Positions 54,418 through 64,000 of a stretch of DNA of 64,000 bases are shown here, in pieces. This stretch comes from Candidatus Latescibacterota bacterium (GTDB lineage Bacteria > Latescibacterota > UBA2968 > UBA8231), in the NCBI GenBank assembly GCA_965217585.1, contig OZ244561.1, positions 3,968,001 through 4,032,000 on the forward strand, written 5' to 3'. How positions within the stretch are numbered: position 1 is the stretch's first letter; each line of letters begins with the position of its first letter. The notes under the pieces were generated by a model. That model was given only the letters and a program-made list of their open reading frames with translations. It did no database searches and was not told the origin of the DNA. Both the position numbers and the translations under genes were made by a program.

Positions 54418-56331
54418 ATGCTGATCAAGGTCCCCCAAGGACAAGCCATCGAATACCCCGGCGAGGGCACGCTCAAGGAGATCCTCGTCCAAGAGGACAA
54501 GACGCTGTTGAAGCAATACATTGCCGCCCGCGCGGGCGACGAGCGCGTGGACTTCCACACCCAGCTCGGCAGCGAGGCGGAAGTAGAACTCATTCCCTGG
54601 GATGCGGACGAGGCCGCCTGGATCTACCGCCACAGCATGTCGCACGTGTTGGCGCAGGCGGTGCTGCGCCTCTTCCCAGACGCGCAACTGGCGATCGGCC
54701 CAGCCATTGACGACGGCTTCTACTACGACTTCGACGTTGCCGAGCCTTTTACGCCCGAAGACTTGCAGAAGATCGAGCGGGAAATGAAGCGGGTCGTCAA
54801 GCAAAATCACCGGTTCGAGCGGATCGATGTCGAGCGCCAAGAAGCGGAAGAGATGGTCGCCAACGCTCCCTACAAACAGGAGATCCTCGCCGACTTGGAA
54901 GAAGGCCAGACCTTGTCCTTTTACCAAGACGGCGAGTTCATCGACTTGTGCCGGGGGCCGCACATGCTCGGCACTGGCCAAATCAGGCACTTCAAGCTCC
55001 TGAGCGTGGCTGGGGCCTACTGGCGCGGCGACGAGAGCCGCAAGATGTTACAGCGGATCTACGGCACGGCCTTTGCCACCCGCGAGGCCCTCGACCACCA
55101 CCTAGCGATGCTGGAGGAGGCCAAAAAGCGCGACCACCGCACGCTGGGCAAGCAACTGGAGTTGTTCATCTTTGACGATGAAGTGGGACCGGGCCTGCCG
55201 CTGTGGCAGCCCAAGGGGGCGGTGATCATCGACGAGCTGGAGGACTTGGCCCGCAAGACCGAGCACGAGGCCGGCTATCTGCGGGTGCGCACGCCGCACA
55301 TCTGCAAGGAATCCATGTATCTGCGCAGCGGCCACTTGCCGTACTACGCTGAGTCGATGTTTCCGCCGATGGAGTTGGAGGGGGTCAAGTACTATCTCAA
55401 GCCCATGAACTGCCCCCACCACCACAAAATTTTCGCCGCTGCCCCGCGCTCGTACCGCGACCTGCCCCTGCGCTTAGCCGAGTATGGCACGTGCTATCGC
55501 TACGAGCAATCGGGCGAGTTGTTCGGCTTGATGCGGGTGCGCTCGTTGCAGATGAACGATGCGCACATCTACTGCACCCTCGACCAATTCGAGGCGGAAT
55601 TTCTCGCCGTCTGCCAGATGTATCTGCGCTATTTTGAGCTATTCGGCTTGGAGAATTACCTGATGCGTCTGAGCACCCACGTGCCCTCGGGCCTAGGGGC
55701 AAAGTACGTCGATGATCGCGAGAAGTGGCTCCGCACCGAGGACATGGTGCGCGGTGCCATGGCGCGGGGAGGAATCAACTACGAGGAGGTGCCCGACGAG
55801 GCTGCCTTTTACGGCCCCAAGATCGATGTCGAGGTTTGGAGCGCCATCGGGCGGCAGTTTACAATCGCCACCAACCAAGTAGATTTCGCCGTGCCCGGCC
55901 GCTTTGGCTTGACCTACACCAGCGCGGCGGGCGCAGAAGAGACGCCCATCTGCATCCACCGCGCACCGCTGGGCACGCACGAGCGCTTTATCGGCTTCTT
56001 GATCGAACACTACGCCGGCGCGTTCCCAGTGTGGTTGGCACCCGTGCAAGCGGTGGTGCTGCCCATTGCCGAGCGCCATGCCGACTACGGGAGCCAGCTC
56101 CATCAGCAGCTTCTCGCCGCTGGGATCCGGGCCGAACTCGACGCGGCCAGCGAAACCCTTAACAAGCGCATCCGCCAAGCGCAGACGCAGAAGGTGCCCT
56201 ATATGCTGATCACCGGAGACCGCGAAGTCGAAGAGGGCAAGGTGGCGATTCGGCAGCGATCCGGCGAACAGCTCGACCCGCTCCCGGTAGCTGAGGCCGT
56301 CGCGCTGATCGGCGCTGAGATTAGTAGCTAG
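54418..56331 (+). CDS. thrS: threonine--tRNA ligase
   Basis: RHSMSHVLAQAV, DLCRGPH, RDHRTLG, KPMNCP, AFYGPKID, IHRA..ERF; AAGGAG RBS supports the start at 54418. Confidence 0.98.
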   Translation: MLIKVPQGQAIEYPGEGTLKEILVQEDKTLLKQYIAARAGDERVDFHTQLGSEAEVELIPWDADEAAWIYRHSMSHVLAQAVLRLFPDAQLAIGPAIDDGFYYDFDVAEPFTPEDLQKIEREMKRVVKQNHRFERIDVERQEAEEMVANAPYKQEILADLEEGQTLSFYQDGEFIDLCRGPHMLGTGQIRHFKLLSVAGAYWRGDESRKMLQRIYGTAFATREALDHHLAMLEEAKKRDHRTLGKQLELFIFDDEVGPGLPLWQPKGAVIIDELEDLARKTEHEAGYLRVRTPHICKESMYLRSGHLPYYAESMFPPMELEGVKYYLKPMNCPHHHKIFAAAPRSYRDLPLRLAEYGTCYRYEQSGELFGLMRVRSLQMNDAHIYCTLDQFEAEFLAVCQMYLRYFELFGLENYLMRLSTHVPSGLGAKYVDDREKWLRTEDMVRGAMARGGINYEEVPDEAAFYGPKIDVEVWSAIGRQFTIATNQVDFAVPGRFGLTYTSAAGAEETPICIHRAPLGTHERFIGFLIEHYAGAFPVWLAPVQAVVLPIAERHADYGSQLHQQLLAAGIRAELDAASETLNKRIRQAQTQKVPYMLITGDREVEEGKVAIRQRSGEQLDPLPVAEAVALIGAEISS

Positions 56332-56336
56332 CGGCA

Positions 56337-57044
56337 ATGTTCCGCCGCATCCGCTACATCGCCGAGGTCTTCTGGCAATTTCGCTACTATCTCCTTTGCA
56401 CGGGGCTGGCACTGGCCTTTTGGGACACCGCGTTGATCAAGCCATTTCGCTTCTTTGTGGTACTGGTCCATGAGGTCAATCATGCGGCAGCAGCTCTGCT
56501 CACCGGCGGCGAAGTCCTCGAAATCCGCACCCATTGGAACGAGTCCGGGCACACCCTGACAAAGGGTGGTTTTTTCCCGCTGATTAGCGCGGCAGGCTAC
56601 GTGGGGTCGGCGCTGTGGGGGGCGCTGCTGATGTACACCGCGCTTTATCCGCAGGCGCAGCGGTTGGTGTTGTTGTGCATTGGCGCGGCCTGCGCGGGGA
56701 TGACCCTGATCTACACGCCGCGGGAGGCGGGGGGGGTTGACTTCGCGTTGGGGATCGGCGGCGGGCTAATTCTGTGCATCATGGCCTGCAAGTCGAAGCG
56801 AATGGCGAGTATCGGCGCGGTGTGGATGGGAGTAATGCTCTGCCTGTACAGTCTCTACGACTTCCGCACCGACCTGTGGTACTATACAGAGCGGACGGAC
56901 GCTGGGATATTGTCGGCCTATTGGGGAATAGATCCGTTGCAGGTGCCCTATCTGGCGTATCTGATTGCCTTGATTTGGGTGCTGGTGTCGCTGTCGTGCA
57001 TGTATCGGGCGATGCGCGCGGTGGCCCTCAATCGGGGACTTTAA
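56337..57044 (+). CDS. M50B-like membrane metallopeptidase
   Basis: HEVNH, AAGYVG and TDA motifs; TM helices. Confidence 0.82.
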   Translation: MFRRIRYIAEVFWQFRYYLLCTGLALAFWDTALIKPFRFFVVLVHEVNHAAAALLTGGEVLEIRTHWNESGHTLTKGGFFPLISAAGYVGSALWGALLMYTALYPQAQRLVLLCIGAACAGMTLIYTPREAGGVDFALGIGGGLILCIMACKSKRMASIGAVWMGVMLCLYSLYDFRTDLWYYTERTDAGILSAYWGIDPLQVPYLAYLIALIWVLVSLSCMYRAMRAVALNRGL

Positions 57045-57147
57045 TCATCGGAACGACTCCTAGCGGGTTTCTTATGGCAATTGAGTGCAACGACCCGATG
57101 CGCTACGTTACCAAACAGCACACAGAATCGACAGAGAGGAATGTGAA

Positions 57148-58917
57148 ATGCGAATGAGTCGGCTTTTTAGCCAGACCTTGCGCGAAGTTACTGCCGACGT
57201 GGAGGTAGTCAGCCACCAGCTCTTGTTGCGGGCCGGCTTTATCCGCCCATTGGCCAGCGGCATCTTCAGCTATTTGCCCCTGGCACAGCGGTCGATGCGC
57301 AAGATCGAGGACATTATCCGCCGCGAGATAGACGCCATCGGCGGCCAGGAGCTCACCATGCCGGTAGTGCATCCGGCCGAACTCTGGCAGCGGACGGGGC
57401 GCTGGTACGCGGTCGGCACGGAGATGGGTCGCTTCCAAGACAAAAACGAGCGCGACATGGTGCTGGCCATGACCCATGAGGAGGTCGTAGCCGACTTAGT
57501 CAGCCGCGAGATCAAATCCTACAAGCAACTGCCCCAGCTAGTCTATCACATCCAGACCAAGTGGCGCGACGATCCCCGCCCCCGCTCGGGCCTTATCCGG
57601 GTGCGCGAGTTCACCATGAAGGACTCCTACAGTCTCGACGCCGACTGGGAGGGCCTCGAACAGCAATACCGCGCCCATTACCAGCAGTATTTCAACATCT
57701 TTCATCGCTGCGGCCTCGACGTCCTCGCGGTCAGCTCAGACACCGGGATGATGGGCGGCGAGCTAGCCCACGAATACATGTACCTGACGCCGATCGGCGA
57801 AGACACCCTACTCTTGTGCGACGACTGCAGGTACTCGGCCAACCGCCAAATCGCCACCTTCGCCAAACAGGCCAACCCGGCCGAAGCACCCGCCGCGCCC
57901 GAGAAAATCGCCACGCCCAATACCACCACCATCGAGGAGCTGACCGCGCTGCTCGACATCCCCGCACACAAGACCGCCAAGGCGCTCTTTTTGATGGCCA
58001 CCGTCGGCGACGGTCAGGACAACAAGGACGCGTTTGTGCTGGCGGTCGTGCGCGGCGACATGGACGTCAACGAGACCAAGCTGGCCAATGCCGTCGGTGC
58101 ACTCGAAATGTGGCCGGCGCGGGAAGAGGAAATACGCGCCGTCGGCGCAGAGCCAGGCTATGGATCGCCCATCGGCGTCGAGGGAGCGCTGGTCGTCGTC
58201 GATGACTCCGTGGCGTCCTCGCCCAATCTAGTGGCCGGTGCCAATGAGCCGGGCTACCACCTCGCCAATGTAAACCACGGCCGCGACTACACAGCCAACG
58301 TGGTCGCCGATATCGCTACCGCCCGGCAAGGCGACGGCTGCCCTAACTGCGGCGCCGCGCTGCGCGAATCGCGCGGGGTGGAAGTGGGCAATATCTTCCA
58401 GCTAGGCACCAAGTTCACCGAGGCACTGGGCGGTGATTTCCTCGACGCCGAGGGCAAGGCGCAGCCAGTCGTCATGGGGTCTTACGGGATCGGCGTGGGG
58501 CGGCTGCTGGCTTGTATTGCCGAGGAGTACCACGACAAAGACGGCTTGGTGTGGCCCATTGCCGTCGCGCCCTATCAGGTACACATCGTCCTCCTCGCCA
58601 AGGGCGCAGGCGCAGCGCAAGACGCGGGCGAGCAACTCTACGCCGACCTCGCAGAGCGCGGGATTGAAGTCCTCCTCGACGACCGCCGAGAAAACCCAGG
58701 GGTCAAGTTCAACGACGCCGACCTAATTGGGATCCCGGTGCGGGTGACGGTGGGGGATCGCGGTTTGCAGCGGGGGATTGTCGAGGTCAAGCTGCGGCGC
58801 GAAAAAGAGCGGCGTGAAACGCCGGTAGAGGAGGCGGTAGAGTACGTGGTGGAACAGGTGGAGAGATTGCAACGCGAGTTAGACGAGCGAGTAGTAACAG
58901 TGGAGTACCCAGGATAA
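57148..58917 (+). CDS. proS: proline--tRNA ligase (bacterial type with INS editing domain)
   Basis: MRMSRLF, MTHEE, RPRSGLIRVREF, EVGNIFQLG, MGSYGIG. Confidence 0.98.
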   Translation: MRMSRLFSQTLREVTADVEVVSHQLLLRAGFIRPLASGIFSYLPLAQRSMRKIEDIIRREIDAIGGQELTMPVVHPAELWQRTGRWYAVGTEMGRFQDKNERDMVLAMTHEEVVADLVSREIKSYKQLPQLVYHIQTKWRDDPRPRSGLIRVREFTMKDSYSLDADWEGLEQQYRAHYQQYFNIFHRCGLDVLAVSSDTGMMGGELAHEYMYLTPIGEDTLLLCDDCRYSANRQIATFAKQANPAEAPAAPEKIATPNTTTIEELTALLDIPAHKTAKALFLMATVGDGQDNKDAFVLAVVRGDMDVNETKLANAVGALEMWPAREEEIRAVGAEPGYGSPIGVEGALVVVDDSVASSPNLVAGANEPGYHLANVNHGRDYTANVVADIATARQGDGCPNCGAALRESRGVEVGNIFQLGTKFTEALGGDFLDAEGKAQPVVMGSYGIGVGRLLACIAEEYHDKDGLVWPIAVAPYQVHIVLLAKGAGAAQDAGEQLYADLAERGIEVLLDDRRENPGVKFNDADLIGIPVRVTVGDRGLQRGIVEVKLRREKERRETPVEEAVEYVVEQVERLQRELDERVVTVEYPG

Positions 58918-60245
58918 TGTTCGTCGAAGGCTACACCGACCAACTCAGCTACCGGGCCGGCGAACAGGTGCGCTTTCACGTGGCCACTAGCGCAGACGAG
59001 TACGCGCTGGAAGTGACGCGGATAGGTGCCGAGCGCGAAGTCGTGTGGCGGCAGGATCAACTGCCTGGGTCGTCCCATCCAGTGCCCGAAGACGCTTCTT
59101 CCAATGGCTGCGGCTGGCCGGTTTCCTGCGAGTTGGAGGTGCCGGACGACTGGCGCAGTGGGTATTACGAATTCGCGCTGCGCGTCGAAGACCAAGGCGG
59201 CAAGTTCGTGCGGCGGGGGCGGCGCACGGCCGAGAGCCGGGGCTTTTTCATCGTCCGACCGGCTGGCCCCACGGACGCCCGCATCCTCCTCCAGTTAGCC
59301 ACCAATACCTACAGTGCCTACAACAACTGGGGCGGCTACAGCTTCTACAGCTATCACGGCCGCGGCGGCTTGCAGGGGCATCGCGTTTCCTTCGACCGTC
59401 CGCTGGCCGGGCTTTTCGACCGCTGGGAGCGCGACTTTGTCGAGTGGGCGGAAGGCGCTGGATACGCGCTCGACTACTGCGCCAATTCCGACCTCGAATG
59501 GCATCCCGAACTGTTGGACAACTACCGGCTCGTGCTGAGCGTAGGGCACGATGAATACTGGTCGGCTCCCATGCGCGATCACCTCGAAGCCTATATCGCC
59601 GCCGGGGGCAACGCCGCGTTTTTCAGCGGCAACTCCGTGTGCTGGCGGGTGCGCAGCGAGGACGAAGGCCGGGCGCTGGTATGCTGGAAGCAACAGTTCA
59701 ACATGGACCCAGCCTATGCCGCCGGAGACTACGCGAACCTTTCGACCTTGTGGAGCCACCACCTCGTGGGCCGGCCGGAAAACGAGTTGACCGGCGTCGG
59801 CTTCCTCTACGGGGGCTATCACCTGAGCCACGGGCAATACATGGACGGGTCTGGAGCATTTACAGTCCATCGCCCGGAACATTGGGTTTTTGCGGGAACG
59901 GGTTTGCAGCGTGACGATAACTTCGGGGGCGAGCACACCATCGTCGGCTATGAGTGCGACGGCTGCGAGTACGCGCTGGAAAATGGGTTGCCGGTACCCA
60001 AAGGAACCTACGGCACCCCAGCGGACTTTACCATCTTGTGCACCGCCCCGGCGCGGTGGCACTCGGACGACAGCGTGTGGTACGAGCGCTGGGAAAAGGG
60101 CAGGGAGGGCGCGGCAGTCATGGGCCTCTATACCCGCGGCGGCACAGTGTTCACAGCCGGAACGACTGACTGGTCGCACGGGCTTAAAGGAGACGCGACC
60201 GTCGCCCAGATCACCCGCAACGTCCTCGACCGGCTGAGCCAATAA
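58917..60245 (+). CDS. N,N-dimethylformamidase beta-subunit-like protein
   Basis: TYSAYNNWGG, VSFDRP, SVGHDEYWS, FSGN, VGYECDG. Confidence 0.82.
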   Translation: MFVEGYTDQLSYRAGEQVRFHVATSADEYALEVTRIGAEREVVWRQDQLPGSSHPVPEDASSNGCGWPVSCELEVPDDWRSGYYEFALRVEDQGGKFVRRGRRTAESRGFFIVRPAGPTDARILLQLATNTYSAYNNWGGYSFYSYHGRGGLQGHRVSFDRPLAGLFDRWERDFVEWAEGAGYALDYCANSDLEWHPELLDNYRLVLSVGHDEYWSAPMRDHLEAYIAAGGNAAFFSGNSVCWRVRSEDEGRALVCWKQQFNMDPAYAAGDYANLSTLWSHHLVGRPENELTGVGFLYGGYHLSHGQYMDGSGAFTVHRPEHWVFAGTGLQRDDNFGGEHTIVGYECDGCEYALENGLPVPKGTYGTPADFTILCTAPARWHSDDSVWYERWEKGREGAAVMGLYTRGGTVFTAGTTDWSHGLKGDATVAQITRNVLDRLSQ

Positions 60246-60385
60246 GACGGAGCCAACGGTCCGGCATACCACCCCGGTCGCTGGTGCCTATAATGCGCTT
60301 CGTGCCTGCAAAGAAATCAATCGGTTATTTTCCGACGGCTCCTCAGCCCGACTTTACCTAAACGCAAACGACGGGAAGCGCAAAT

Positions 60386-61492
60386 ATGGCGGATACTGGA
60401 TCCACAACGACACCGACCGCAACAAAGGCCCAACCGATCTGCAATTTCTGGGGACGGCTGCTGTCCTTGGGGGTGGATCTTGTCCTACTCTTCGTGGTGG
60501 GCTCTCTGCTGGGGGTGCTTTTCGCGGATCGGCTGGCGCAACTGGGGGTCTGGGGACGGCTGGTAGGCTTCACGCTGGTAGTGTTCTACTTCGGACTGCT
60601 CAATAGCCGTATGGGGCAGGGACAGACTTTGGGTAAACGCCTGCTGCGCGTGCGGGTAGTGGGTGCAAAGGGGGAATTGATTTCGCTGGGGAGGTCCTTG
60701 CTGCGGGCGGCGATCTTGGGGGCCATTTTTCTTTTGGATTCTTCTATGGCTGGAGGGAATTGGGTGGTATATGGGATTGTCCTAGCCCTGTGGCTGGGAT
60801 TGATCTATTGGTATGTGTTCAACCGGAGGACCCGTCAATCGTTGCACGATTTGGTCGTGGGGACTTACGTGGTGCGGGATGAGGCGGCCGGTTCGATCTC
60901 TTTGGGACATCCAAGAAGGCTGCATTTCATTGGTTTCGGCATCCTGATCGCTATCGTGATCGGCTACCACATTGGGCTCTATCTGTATGCGCCGACCTCC
61001 GATCTGATGACGGTTCAGAAGAAGCTGAATCAAGTGGATGGCGTGCGTGGGGCAGTGGTGCAGACAGGCACGAGTTATGGCGATTCCACCGTGGAGCATA
61101 CCTATCTTACAGCCACAGTCCTATTGGACGGCTTCTCAGAGGCTGTTGAGCGCAAGGCCAGAGAGACCATAGCAGCCGCGGGAGATTCGACATCGCTGCA
61201 TCTGCCACCCTCCTTACCATTCGCTGGCCCCTCTGCAGACCTGCCGCTGCTGACATCCTACATTTCTCTTATTACGAGCCGGCTGTCACCTCCCTCACTA
61301 GCCTATTTTCAGGCCGTGGCCGAGGAGGTAGATCGCGTCTTGGTAGAGAGCTATCCGGGTAGTGAGAGCATTGATAAAAGGGAGATCCAAGTACAATACA
61401 GCTACGAGATCGGAATTGCTCCGCGAGCCTACGTGCAGGTGAGAGGAGATGGGGGCTGTTTCACGGGATATGGCGCGAAGAGGTTGGAGTAG
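60386..61492 (+). CDS. RDD-family membrane protein
   Basis: FWGRLLSLGVD, GQTLGKRLL, QSLHDLVVGTYVV. Confidence 0.85.
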   Translation: MADTGSTTTPTATKAQPICNFWGRLLSLGVDLVLLFVVGSLLGVLFADRLAQLGVWGRLVGFTLVVFYFGLLNSRMGQGQTLGKRLLRVRVVGAKGELISLGRSLLRAAILGAIFLLDSSMAGGNWVVYGIVLALWLGLIYWYVFNRRTRQSLHDLVVGTYVVRDEAAGSISLGHPRRLHFIGFGILIAIVIGYHIGLYLYAPTSDLMTVQKKLNQVDGVRGAVVQTGTSYGDSTVEHTYLTATVLLDGFSEAVERKARETIAAAGDSTSLHLPPSLPFAGPSADLPLLTSYISLITSRLSPPSLAYFQAVAEEVDRVLVESYPGSESIDKREIQVQYSYEIGIAPRAYVQVRGDGGCFTGYGAKRLE

Positions 61493-61586
61493 GTGTGGAT
61501 TATTTTTGAGGGCCGGGCCGCCGTCTTGGACCGCTCCCGTGCAGGTGAAACCGATGCACCGTAAAACCAAAAGGAGCGCAGCCTAC

Positions 61587-62726
61587 ATGAAAATCACAGC
61601 GATTAAATCCGTCATGATTCAGGGCATTCCCTGGACGTGGACGCTGGTCAAAGTCGAAACGGATGAGGGAATCTGCGGCATTGGCGAAGCGCAGTTGCCC
61701 ATTGGCGTGCGAGACATCCTCACGCGCATTGAAGGGCTGCTCGTCGGCGAAGATCCCCGCCACCCCGTCCGGTTGGCGCAAAAGATCTACCGTGGACTAA
61801 TCGGTGCCGGGTCCACAGGGGGCAGTATCGTACTGGCCTTGTCGGGGGTCGAACTGGCGCTATGGGACCTGCACGGCAAAATGACGGGCCTGCCCTTGTG
61901 GCAGTTGCTCGGCGGCAAGTACCGAGATCGAGTGCGCATCTACGCCGACACGGCCCGGCCCGGCGACCACTCGCCCGCAGCCTATGCCGACGGGGTGCGC
62001 CAGCGGGTAGAAGCCGGGTACACCGTCGTCAAGGTCGATATCGACAACAGCGCTCCAGGCGAGTACCGCAAGGATCACCACAACCGCGCCCTGTCTAGGG
62101 CCGAGGTCGAGTACATGAGTGCCGTCAGCCACGCGGCCTACGAGGCCCTGCCCGCCGATGTTGAGCTGTGCCTAGATATGCACTGGAGTTACCAGCCGGC
62201 GGACGCGCTCAGGGTGGCCCGCAGGCTGGAGGACATCGACATTCTGTGGCTCGAAGATCCGACCCCGCCGGAAAATCTCGACGCCCTAAAGTACGTGACC
62301 GACCACACCTCCGTACCCATTGCCTGTGGTGAAAATCACTGGATGAGTCATGGGCTCAGGCCCATGATCGAAGACCGGGCCGCGGATATTATCACGCCCG
62401 ACATCCCTCGCTTTGGCGGGGTGCAGGAAGGCAAAAAAGTGGCCGAGTTGTGCGAGTTGCATTCGCTGGCCTTTGCCCCGCACAACATCTGCACGCCGGT
62501 GGGAACCGTAGCTTCGGCGCACGTGTGTGCCAACGCGCCGAATTTCCTAGCACTGGAACACCACGGTCTCGACTGTCCCTGGTGGGACGATATCGCGCTG
62601 GATTGGGGTGGTCCCGTAGTCGATCGCGGGTACATCACCGTGCCCGACGGGCCGGGGATTGGGGTGGAGTTAAACGAAGAGTTGCTGCGCGCCCATCTGG
62701 TTCCCGGTGAAGTGTGGTGGGATTGA
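61587..62726 (+). CDS. mandelate racemase/galactonate dehydratase-family enolase
   Basis: VETDEGICGIGE, ALWDLHGK, WLEDP, CGEN, APHN; AAGGAG RBS supports the start at 61587. Confidence 0.92.
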   Translation: MKITAIKSVMIQGIPWTWTLVKVETDEGICGIGEAQLPIGVRDILTRIEGLLVGEDPRHPVRLAQKIYRGLIGAGSTGGSIVLALSGVELALWDLHGKMTGLPLWQLLGGKYRDRVRIYADTARPGDHSPAAYADGVRQRVEAGYTVVKVDIDNSAPGEYRKDHHNRALSRAEVEYMSAVSHAAYEALPADVELCLDMHWSYQPADALRVARRLEDIDILWLEDPTPPENLDALKYVTDHTSVPIACGENHWMSHGLRPMIEDRAADIITPDIPRFGGVQEGKKVAELCELHSLAFAPHNICTPVGTVASAHVCANAPNFLALEHHGLDCPWWDDIALDWGGPVVDRGYITVPDGPGIGVELNEELLRAHLVPGEVWWD

Positions 62727-62894
62727 AGACGCCACTTTCGTCGGCCTCTTTGCGCGATCCATTTCCGACAACAGCGGGCGTTCTCCAAGTTACAGCGCAA
62801 GTGACGCAGTAGGAAAAATTGGAAGCTGCCTGAAATCCCCGGCGTCCCATCGAGAATACACGACTGCAACAAACGGGGCGGCCCCCGATCCGGT

Positions 62895-64000
62895 TCAATC
62901 CTTGGACAGGTCGTATTTCTTCAATTTGCGGTGCAGGGTCGCGCGATTGATACCCAAGGCTTGGGCCGCCTGCGTGATGTTGTTGTCTGCGACTTCGAGA
63001 GCGTGGACTAGTGCCTGCCGCTCGACCTCGGCCAGCGGCAGGATCGCGGTCGGCGGTGAGCCGTCACTCCCGGCAGCGATGACCGGCGACAACTGGGGAG
63101 GCAGCCTGCCTGCTTGTAGCACCACATCCGTCTCCAGCAGCACGGCGCGCTCGATGGCGTTTTCTAGCTCGCGCACGTTGCCGGGCCAATCGTACTGGAT
63201 CAACAGGCGCAAGGCAGCGGTGGAAGTGCCGCTGATAGATTTGTCGGCGCGTTCGGCGTGTTTATCGAGAAAATGTCTAGCCAGCAGGGGAATGTCTTCA
63301 CGCCGCTCTCTCAGCGGCGGAATCTCGATGGGGAAGGCGGCGACGCGATAGAACAGATCTTGGCGGAACTCGCCCCTTCTCACTAGGAGCTCTATGTCCT
63401 TGTTGGTCGCCGTCATCACCCGGATGTCGACCGGAATGGAGGCGGTCCCGCCCACCCGCTGGATTTCCCGCTCTTGCAAAACGCGCAATAGCTTGCCCTG
63501 CAGGGCATACGGCATGTCGCCGATCTCGTCGAGCAGGATCGTACCCCCAGCGGCGCGCTCGAAGGCCCCGCGTCTCTGCTCTGTCGCCCCTGTAAAAGCT
63601 CCCCGTTCATGTCCGAACAACTCGCTTTCGATGAGCGTTTCGGGAATGGCGGCGCAATTGAGAGCCACGAACGGCCCCCGCTTGCGCGGGCCGTTGCGGT
63701 GAACCGACTTGGCCACCAGTTCCTTACCGGTGCCGCTCTCGCCGCGAATGAGCACCGCGATATCGCCTTCGGCGGCCTGCTGCATCAGCGCGTACACCTG
63801 CTGCATCTTAGGGCTGGTACCGACCATGCCGGCAAAGGAGGAGGTCGTCTCCAACTCGGTGCGCAGCCGCAGCACCTCGGCCCTCATCTGCTCGGCCTCG
63901 ACCTCCTTGGACACGTCCCGGTACAGGACCAGGCTACCGATTTCCTCGCCACGGCCGAGAGTGCCTCGTGCAGATCGATGTCCTTGCGAGCCATGGTGGG
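62895..64000 (-). CDS. sigma54-dependent transcriptional activator (NtrC/Fis family); probably begins beyond the window
   Basis: GESGTGKE, ESELFGHERGAFTGA, WPGNVREL, Fis HTH; frame stays open to the window edge. Confidence 0.92.
   Translation of the reverse strand, partial: HHGSQGHRSARGTLGRGEEIGSLVLYRDVSKEVEAEQMRAEVLRLRTELETTSSFAGMVGTSPKMQQVYALMQQAAEGDIAVLIRGESGTGKELVAKSVHRNGPRKRGPFVALNCAAIPETLIESELFGHERGAFTGATEQRRGAFERAAGGTILLDEIGDMPYALQGKLLRVLQEREIQRVGGTASIPVDIRVMTATNKDIELLVRRGEFRQDLFYRVAAFPIEIPPLRERREDIPLLARHFLDKHAERADKSISGTSTAALRLLIQYDWPGNVRELENAIERAVLLETDVVLQAGRLPPQLSPVIAAGSDGSPPTAILPLAEVERQALVHALEVADNNITQAAQALGINRATLHRKLKKYDLSKD

Noticed and set aside
61150-61320. Pro/Ser/Leu-rich insert in the RDD protein (PPSLPF..PPSLAYF)
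   Set aside because: No clear nucleotide repeat or element ends; likely low-complexity sequence
62727-62894. Structured RNA in this and the 60246-60385 intergenic region
   Set aside because: Only short, weak complementarities; no recognisable riboswitch or tRNA motif by eye

Overview
High-GC bacterial chromosome segment; the gene repertoire (DUF6785-, DUF4159- and DUF3179-like proteins, sulfatase, enolase-superfamily enzymes) resembles Latescibacterota/Gemmatimonadota/Poribacteria-type genomes, but that is inference only. Housekeeping and metabolic blocks (RND pair, clpP, mutM, MFS, dCMP deaminase, acetolactate synthase, sulfatase, thrS, proS, sigma54 activator) flank two defence islands. 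Island 1 (~9.5-22.4 kb): IS-split mazF and its antitoxin, a WYL regulator followed by a DriD/PafBC-like palindromic site, an IS903-like element with an adjacent deletion, then type III mod, an AbiJ-like gene, and a type III res fused in frame to a RelB-like antitoxin upstream of relE, plus an unexplained membrane-protein pair. Island 2 (~35.4-52.7 kb): ABC-ATPase+DUF4276, HTH-ImmA/IrrE, AAA-DUF4143, DUF488, ABC-ATPase+PIN, type III mod, a TIR-NTPase, hicB, res, a DUF4258/YgiT pair and many gene remnants. Outside the islands, an unannotated Thr-rich leader peptide with terminator and antiterminator precedes thrS. No rRNA, tRNA, CRISPR array or integrase was seen. All family assignments are from motif recognition by eye, not database searches.
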